A DNA stretch of 64,000 nt from Bacteroidales bacterium (GTDB lineage Bacteria > Bacteroidota > Bacteroidia > Bacteroidales > UBA1715). Each line of letters opens with the position of its first letter. Position 1 is the stretch's first letter. Position numbers and translations under genes: made by a program. Location: assembly GCA_045600045.1 (NCBI GenBank), contig JAZRXD010000051.1, forward strand, positions 18,740 through 82,739. Direction: 5' to 3'. Under the pieces are notes generated by a model. That model searched no databases and was not told the DNA's origin. It worked only from the letters and a program-made list of their open reading frames with translations. Shown here one piece after another: positions 58,311-64,000 of the stretch.

Positions 58311-59015
58311 ATGGTTTTGGCATCAATAATGAATTTGTTGGCTGATGTAACGGTAGGACAGTCGGTTCCTGCCGTTGCTGAAGCAGCTGCGGAAGAGTTC
58401 TCTTTTTGGAATATGGCCGTAAAGGGCGGTTGGATTATGATTGTTCTCGCAGCATTTTCTATGGTGGCAGTATATATTATTGTTGAACGTGCATTGGCAA
58501 TTACTAAAGCTGCCAAAGAAGACGTGAATTTCATGAATGAGGTGAAAAATTACGTTTCTCAAGGTAAAATAGAAGAAGCTCATATTCGTTGCCAAGGTAC
58601 CGATTCCCCAGTTGCACGAATGATAGACAAAGGTATCTCTCGAATTGGAAAACCTCTTGCCGATGTTCGCGAGGCAATTGAGAATGTAGGAAAATTGGAA
58701 GTTGCAAATATGGAAAAAGGTCTTCCTATGTTGGCAACAATTTCAAGTGTTGGACCAATGGTTGGATTCTTGGGAACTGTGCTCGGTATGATTACCGCTT
58801 TCTATGATATGGCAAATGCAGGAGGAAATTTCAGTATCGCAATGTTGTCGAATGGTATTTATACAGCAATGGTAACGACTGTTGCTGGTCTTATTGTTGG
58901 CGTTGTTGCAATGCTTGGTTATAATATTTTGGTCGCACAAATCGGAAAAGTTGTCAATAAATTAGAATTACGTACGACTGAATTTATGGATTTGCTTAAC
59001 GAACCTGTAATGTAA
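58311..59015 (+). CDS. exbB: MotA/TolQ/ExbB proton channel protein
   Basis: LATISSVGPMVGFLGTVLGMITAF signature and three TM helices. Confidence 0.9.
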   Translation: MVLASIMNLLADVTVGQSVPAVAEAAAEEFSFWNMAVKGGWIMIVLAAFSMVAVYIIVERALAITKAAKEDVNFMNEVKNYVSQGKIEEAHIRCQGTDSPVARMIDKGISRIGKPLADVREAIENVGKLEVANMEKGLPMLATISSVGPMVGFLGTVLGMITAFYDMANAGGNFSIAMLSNGIYTAMVTTVAGLIVGVVAMLGYNILVAQIGKVVNKLELRTTEFMDLLNEPVM

Positions 59016-59404
59016 TGGCAATAGAAGCAAGAAATAAAATTGGAACAAGTTTCAATATGTCGTCAATGACGGATATTGTATTCTTGTTGCTTATATTCTT
59101 CATGGTAACGTCTACGCAAATTGCTCCGAATGGATTGCAAGTTTCGTTGCCACAAAGTACTTCCCAAGTAAAATTGATTCCTCATGTTTCGGTTTCTATT
59201 GATGCTTCGGGACGTTATGCCGTAAATACCGATGTTTTACCTTTTGAACAATTGGAACCTCGCTTAAAACAAGAGTTGTTAGGTCAGGAAGAACCTGCTA
59301 TCGTTTTACGTGTTGATAAAGATGTTCCAACTGGTGAGACGGTGAAAATAATGGAAATAGCAAATAGAAATCGTTGGAAATTCACGTTGGCAACCCAACC
59401 TTGA
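59015..59404 (+). CDS. exbD: biopolymer transporter ExbD/TolR
   Basis: N-terminal TM MTDIVFLLLIFFMVTS. Start overlaps the exbB stop. Confidence 0.9.
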   Translation: MAIEARNKIGTSFNMSSMTDIVFLLLIFFMVTSTQIAPNGLQVSLPQSTSQVKLIPHVSVSIDASGRYAVNTDVLPFEQLEPRLKQELLGQEEPAIVLRVDKDVPTGETVKIMEIANRNRWKFTLATQP

Positions 59405-59405
59405 T

Positions 59406-60173
59406 ATGAAAATAGACAAAAATAAGCAGTATGGTATTCTAGGAACGGTTATTGTTCATGGAATCGCTTTGCTTATATTGTTATTGTTTGGATTTGCTCC
59501 ACCAAAAGTGGAATTTCCGGAACCTGATGGGATTATGGTTGATTTTGGAGAATTGGTGATGGGTGATGATGATGCGGGTGCTCCGAGTTCTTCGGTTCCA
59601 GAGTCAGAAATGTCGAATCCGGTTCCTGCAGAAGAAACAAATGCCTTAACGCAAACCGAAGTTCCTTCTATTCCAATTGAACAAGCAGAAAGACATACTG
59701 AAGAGATGAAGCCAACTATTTCTCCCGAAGAACAAGAAAGAATCCGTCAGGAAGAAGAATTTAAGGCGAGAATGGATGCTTTAGCTGGCAAAATGAATCA
59801 AAGTGCCGGCAATAATTCTGATGGAATGGCTGGAAATTCAACAACAGGTGCGGAATCAGGCGTTGCAGGAAATCCTAATGGAAGTGGCAATTCAGGAAAT
59901 AAAAAAGGAAATCCGGGTAATCCCTATGGAAATGGAGATGCGGTTAATTTGGTGAAACCAACAAATACGCAAAATTGCGACAACCCAATTGTTTTGACTG
60001 TAACAGTTAATTCTCAAGGAAAGGTTGTGGATATTAAGAAAATAGAAACGGCGTTGTCAGAACAAAGTTGCATTGAGGCGGCAAAGGAGGCTGCTCGAAA
60101 AACCACGTTCCAACCTGATTCAAAAGATATTCGATACGCAAAAATCACGTATGAGTATACTATGTCAAAATAA
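59406..60173 (+). CDS. TonB-like energy transducer (divergent)
   Basis: N-terminal TM helix, an acidic/Gly-Asn-rich linker and a TonB-C-like end (LTVTVNSQGKVVDIKKI...ARKTTFQP). Confidence 0.7.
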   Translation: MKIDKNKQYGILGTVIVHGIALLILLLFGFAPPKVEFPEPDGIMVDFGELVMGDDDAGAPSSSVPESEMSNPVPAEETNALTQTEVPSIPIEQAERHTEEMKPTISPEEQERIRQEEEFKARMDALAGKMNQSAGNNSDGMAGNSTTGAESGVAGNPNGSGNSGNKKGNPGNPYGNGDAVNLVKPTNTQNCDNPIVLTVTVNSQGKVVDIKKIETALSEQSCIEAAKEAARKTTFQPDSKDIRYAKITYEYTMSK

Positions 60174-60202
60174 ATGATATATTTGTATATAAATAGAAGA
60201 CT

Positions 60203-60604
60203 ATGAAAAAATATCTAATACTTATATTGTCGGTTTTCGTTTTGCTTGGAACAAGCTGTGCAAAAAAAACTGAATCAAAAATCGTCGGAGAATGGCAGTT
60301 GGTTTCTGTTGGTGATTGTGGCTGGGCTGATAGTGCAGCGTGGGTCTTTTATTCTGGAGGTGATTTGTCTGTTGAATATGACCCAGTAATGAATGATGGT
60401 ACAATCAAACAACTAGGTACTTGGGAAGTGTATACACGTTCTCTTGTTACTCCATATCTAGAAGTTGGAGGAAGTGTTGGGGGATTGGATGGTCATTGGA
60501 AAATAGAGAAAATCAATAATAAAAAATTGATTCTTCAAAGAATTGAATTTCCGAATGGGGAAACTCAAGGTGCTTTTTTGCGTAGGGAATTTTTGAAAAA
60601 ATAG
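60203..60604 (+). CDS. lipocalin-like lipoprotein
   Basis: Lipobox LLGTSC. IVGEWQLVS and GHWKIEKINNKKLIL are typical of the small lipocalin-like family. Confidence 0.75.
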   Translation: MKKYLILILSVFVLLGTSCAKKTESKIVGEWQLVSVGDCGWADSAAWVFYSGGDLSVEYDPVMNDGTIKQLGTWEVYTRSLVTPYLEVGGSVGGLDGHWKIEKINNKKLILQRIEFPNGETQGAFLRREFLKK

Positions 60605-60609
60605 TCCTT

Positions 60610-61968
60610 GTGGCGAAATCAAAAACTCTTTTTGTTTGTCAGAATTGTGGTGCTCAATCCCCAAAATGGATGGGAAAGTGTACTTCGTGTGGTTCTTGGA
60701 ATTCATTCCAAGAAGAAGTCATAGAGTCTTCGGTCGCAAAAACTTCGGTATCGGTACATTCTTCTGTAAAGCCGATGATTTTGTCGGAAATCAAAACGGA
60801 AAAATTAGATCGGATAAAAACTGGAATCCAAGAATTGGATCAGGTGATTGGTGGCGGAATAGTTCCTGGTTCTGTTATTTTGTTTGGTGGAGAACCCGGT
60901 ATAGGAAAATCGACTTTACTTCTGCAGGTTGCTGTTCGTCTGCAGAAAAAAGTGTTGTATGTCTCTGGTGAAGAAAGTCCTCAACAAATTTATTTGCGTG
61001 CTCAGCGTTTAAATGTTCCTTCAAATACTTGTTATATTTATAGTGAAACGAATGTCGCAGCAATCGTTCAGGAAATAAAAGAGTTCCAACCGGAATTGGT
61101 AATTATCGATTCTGTTCAAACATTAAAACATCCTGATATAGATGCATCGCCAGGTAGTGTTTCTCAAATCCGTGAAACATCGAATATGCTTATTGAATTG
61201 GCAAAGCAAACGCATATTCCAATGTTTTTGATTGGTCATATCAACAAAGAAGGCAGTATAGCAGGCCCTAAAATATTGGAACACATGGTCGATGTCGTTC
61301 TACAATTCGAAGGCGATATGCAAAATGTATATCGTATTTTGCGAAGCAATAAAAATCGTTTCGGATCGACTGCGGAAATTGGCATTTTTGAAATGGTTCA
61401 AAATGGATTGCGCGAAGTTTCAAATCCATCAGAAATAATGTTGAGTGGCAATCCTGAAAAACTTAGTGGCGTTGCTATTGCATCGGTAATGGAAGGAATC
61501 CGCCCGTTGATGATAGAAGTTCAGGCATTGGTTAGTACGGCGGCGTATGGAACACCACAACGTACGGCAAATGGTTTCGATGGAAAACGTCTTAATATGC
61601 TTTTAGCCGTTATTGAAAAACGTTTGGGTGTAAAAATTTATACAAAGGATGTTTTTATAAATGTGGCAGGGGGTATTCGAGTTCAGGATCCAGCGATAGA
61701 TTTTGCAGTTGTTGCTGCAATTTTGTCGTCGTTGTTTGATTTTTATATTCCAAGTTCATATTGTTTCGCCGGAGAAATTGGTTTGACTGGCGAAATTCGT
61801 TCTGTGTCTCAATTGGAGAAACGAATAAAGGAATCTGCGAAGTTGGGTATTCAAAAGATGTTTGTCCCTTCGTGCGAAATTTCAAGTAAATCCCAATGCT
61901 CTGTCGTGTCTTGTTCTCGAATAGATAAAACTTTTAGGGAGATTTTTCGGAACCAGAAAGAAGAATAA
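60610..61968 (+). CDS. radA: DNA repair protein RadA/Sms
   Basis: Zinc ribbon CQNCGAQSPKWMGKCTSCGSWNSF, Walker A GGEPGIGKST, the KNRFG motif and a Lon-like C-terminus. GTG start. Confidence 0.95.
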   Translation: MAKSKTLFVCQNCGAQSPKWMGKCTSCGSWNSFQEEVIESSVAKTSVSVHSSVKPMILSEIKTEKLDRIKTGIQELDQVIGGGIVPGSVILFGGEPGIGKSTLLLQVAVRLQKKVLYVSGEESPQQIYLRAQRLNVPSNTCYIYSETNVAAIVQEIKEFQPELVIIDSVQTLKHPDIDASPGSVSQIRETSNMLIELAKQTHIPMFLIGHINKEGSIAGPKILEHMVDVVLQFEGDMQNVYRILRSNKNRFGSTAEIGIFEMVQNGLREVSNPSEIMLSGNPEKLSGVAIASVMEGIRPLMIEVQALVSTAAYGTPQRTANGFDGKRLNMLLAVIEKRLGVKIYTKDVFINVAGGIRVQDPAIDFAVVAAILSSLFDFYIPSSYCFAGEIGLTGEIRSVSQLEKRIKESAKLGIQKMFVPSCEISSKSQCSVVSCSRIDKTFREIFRNQKEE

Positions 61969-62053
61969 CATAATTTTTTTTTGAAAGACCTGCCAAGAAT
62001 TGCAAAGGTTTTATTACTTTTAGCAAAAATTTAGACATTTAATACTCAATATA

Positions 62054-62746
62054 ATGGAAGTAAAGAAAAGCGATAAAGCGAATCTTGAGGATAAAAAGCT
62101 GATGTTCAGAGAAATAGGCTTTGTTGTTGTGCTTTTGGTAATTTTAGGAGCCTTTGAATTAGGTATCAGTGAATCAAATACGGTGATAGATCGTGGCAAT
62201 ATTGTTGCCGAAGATGATATGGAGATGGTTGAGGTGACTCGCGAACCAGAACAGCCAGAACCAGAACAACCAAAACCTGAAATGCCAGAACCTCCTCAGG
62301 CAGAGAATATTGAAGAAACAGAAGATGAATCTCAAGACCAGTCTGAGTTAGTGCAAGGAAATAATGATGACCAAAATGCTTCGATAGATGCTCCTCTTGA
62401 TTTCGGTCCAGATGACGAAATTGAAGAAAAAGTTCATATTCGTGTAGAAAAAATGCCTAGTTTCCCTGGTGGAATGGGAGCTTTGATTCAATTTATCGGA
62501 AATAATTTGGACTATCCGCAAGATGCAGCAGATTTAGGCGTGGAAGGAACGGTAGTTGTTAAATTCGTTGTAAATAAACACGGTAAGGCTGTTAATCCAG
62601 AAATCTTAAAACCTGTTCATCCTTTGTTGGATAAAGCAGCTTTGGATGTTGTCGCAAAATTGCCAACTTTTGAACCAGGTGAACAAGCTGGTGAAAAAGT
62701 TCCTGTATATTTTAACTTACCTGTACAATTTAAATTGGGCAAATAA
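62054..62746 (+). CDS. tonB: energy transducer TonB
   Basis: TM helix, a Pro/Glu-rich linker (EQPEPEQPKPEMPEPPQ) and a TonB C-terminal domain (MPSFPGG...GVEGTVVVKFVVNKHG). Confidence 0.9.
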   Translation: MEVKKSDKANLEDKKLMFREIGFVVVLLVILGAFELGISESNTVIDRGNIVAEDDMEMVEVTREPEQPEPEQPKPEMPEPPQAENIEETEDESQDQSELVQGNNDDQNASIDAPLDFGPDDEIEEKVHIRVEKMPSFPGGMGALIQFIGNNLDYPQDAADLGVEGTVVVKFVVNKHGKAVNPEILKPVHPLLDKAALDVVAKLPTFEPGEQAGEKVPVYFNLPVQFKLGK

Positions 62747-62749
62747 TTT

Positions 62750-63310
62750 ATGGAAGAACTCGAATTAGTGATAGAGGACACAAAAGAGCGAATGGTTGCT
62801 CCTTTGACTCGTTTGGATTCTGAATTGTCTAAATTACGTGCGGGAAAAGCATCTCCTGTAATGTTGGAGTCTGTAAAGGTTGATTATTATGGAACAATGA
62901 CCCCGCTAAACCAAGTTGCCAATGTTAATACACCTGATGCTCGAACATTGGTTGTCCAACCTTGGGAAAAGAAAATGATTGATCCGATAGAAAAGGCAAT
63001 TATGGCTGCTAACTTGGGCTTGACTCCAATTAACGACGGACAAATTGTTCGTATAAACATTCCTGTTTTAACTGAGGAACGCCGTAAAGAGATTTGCAAA
63101 CAAGTACGTTCGGAAGCTGAAAATACAAAAGTTGTGATTCGTAATATCCGTCGTGATGCAAACGAAATGTTGAAGAAACTTCAAAAGGATGGTTTGGCTG
63201 AAGATATGGCGAAAGATGGTGAAGCACAAATTCAAAAAATCATTGATGCTGCAATTGCGAAAGCCGATGAAAAAGCTGCTGCAAAAGAAGCCGATGTAAT
63301 GAAAATATAA
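62750..63310 (+). CDS. frr: ribosome recycling factor
   Basis: Full-length RRF pattern (LRAGKASPVMLESVKVDYYG, NLGLTPINDGQIVRINIP, IRNIRRDAN). Confidence 0.97.
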   Translation: MEELELVIEDTKERMVAPLTRLDSELSKLRAGKASPVMLESVKVDYYGTMTPLNQVANVNTPDARTLVVQPWEKKMIDPIEKAIMAANLGLTPINDGQIVRINIPVLTEERRKEICKQVRSEAENTKVVIRNIRRDANEMLKKLQKDGLAEDMAKDGEAQIQKIIDAAIAKADEKAAAKEADVMKI

Positions 63311-63338
63311 AGAATAGTATTATTTATTTTAAATAAAA

Positions 63339-63369
63339 ATCCCGATAGAAAGTTCTGTCGGGATTTTTT
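63339..63369 (+). terminator. intrinsic terminator after frr
   Basis: Hairpin atcccga-(loop)-tcgggat followed by T6. Confidence 0.75.
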
Positions 63370-63423
63370 GTTTAATTGAGTATAAATAAAAAAGATTTGC
63401 TGTTTCCAACAAATCTTTCTGAG

Positions 63424-63495
63424 AGCCTTATGCCGGACTTGAACCGGCGACCCCTTCATTACGAGTGAAGTGCTCTACCACTGAGCTAAAAAGGC
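63424..63495 (-). tRNA. tRNA-Thr (anticodon CGU)
   Basis: The reverse complement reads GCCTTTT-TA-GCTC-AGTGGTA-GAGC-A-CTTCA-CTCGTAA-TGAAG-GGGTC-GCCGG-TTCAAGT-CCGGC-ATAAGGC-T. This is a 72-nt cloverleaf with one T-T mismatch in the acceptor stem. CCA is not encoded. Confidence 0.9.
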
Positions 63496-63545
63496 GTATT
63501 TGTATGCAAAAGTATAAAATACTTTGAATAATGTTTTGCTTTGGT

Positions 63546-63977
63546 TTAAGAATTTTTTGACCAAAGGAGCTTTTTGCCGAAACCTAAAGTGTTGTCGGTA
63601 TATTTTGCTTCAAAAATCTTTATATCCCACAAAATTTTGGGCGTAAGTGTGGTAAGTGGGAAACGTTTTATATAAACTTTTTTTGCGTGATTTTCGCTTT
63701 CACCTTCACATAATGTCATTTCTCCGGAAAACTGAAGACCTTGAACTTTTCCTACAATTTCTGTTTCCAGCACAACACTGCCGGCAATTTTCACATTTTG
63801 TAGTACTTCTTGAATATGTCGTGTGTCGTCGTGTGAAGTGATGATGAATGATTTGTTTTCTTCGTCGAAAGCATAGAAAGCGTTGAAACACCAAGGTTGA
63901 CCGTCTTTGCTTGTTGCAACTGTAATAACATGGTGTTTCTTTACGAAATCGGTAATTTTAGACGGGAATTCAGCCAT
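63546..63977 (-). CDS. pyridoxamine 5'-phosphate oxidase family (YhbP-like) protein
   Basis: 143 aa. ITVATSKDGQPWCFNAFYAFDEE and a split-barrel-like pattern. Confidence 0.75.
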   Translation of the reverse strand: MAEFPSKITDFVKKHHVITVATSKDGQPWCFNAFYAFDEENKSFIITSHDDTRHIQEVLQNVKIAGSVVLETEIVGKVQGLQFSGEMTLCEGESENHAKKVYIKRFPLTTLTPKILWDIKIFEAKYTDNTLGFGKKLLWSKNS

Positions 63978-64000
63978 TAGTCTTCGTAAATATGTTCTTC

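Noticed and set aside
63424-63495. tRNA-Thr as an integration hotspot for the accessory block
   Set aside because: The tRNA is 16 kb from the T9SS island, separated from it by core genes. I saw no integrase and no direct repeat of the tRNA 3' end.

Overview
AT-rich chromosomal segment that looks Bacteroidota-derived. The signs are TAnnTTTG -7 promoter boxes, six proteins ending in T9SS C-terminal sorting domains, and a parA-parB-DUF5683-lpxH neighbourhood. The flanks are ordinary housekeeping. On the left (1-8.8 kb) are dxr, an M23 peptidase, a LolD-like ABC ATPase, a polyprenyl synthase, ffh and folD. On the right (48-64 kb) are aroB/aroD, fused feoAB, lpxH, parAB, DUF4105, nhaD, exbB-exbD-tonB, radA, a second tonB, frr, tRNA-Thr(CGU) and a PNPOx-family gene. 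The centre (about 9.1-47.9 kb) is an accessory block dominated by T9SS cargo. It holds a GH44-like glycosidase with a CBM6-like module, a 376-aa secreted protein, and three tandem giant paralogous surface proteins of 1823, 3553 and 3232 aa. Together the giants are 25.8 kb of coding sequence, about 40 percent of the window. Downstream is a three-gene operon: a tail-fibre-like protein, a T9SS alpha/beta-hydrolase and a small beta-barrel lipoprotein. The giants share a conserved C-terminal cassette of about 3.5 kb and differ in their N-terminal parts, which are built from tandem tri-domain modules of roughly 250-260 codons. Two consecutive units in the second giant are exactly 777 nt. This array is the best candidate for an undescribed system. 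Smaller items are a DUF3791/DUF3990 pair with an ADP-ribosyltransferase-like H-Y-E motif pattern, a zeta-toxin-like kinase coupled to a TSCPD gene, a ferredoxin-type Cys motif in the FeoA-FeoB linker, and an orphan terminator that may mark an sRNA. I saw no CRISPR array, rRNA, transposase or integrase. All family assignments come from motif recognition by eye; no searches were run.
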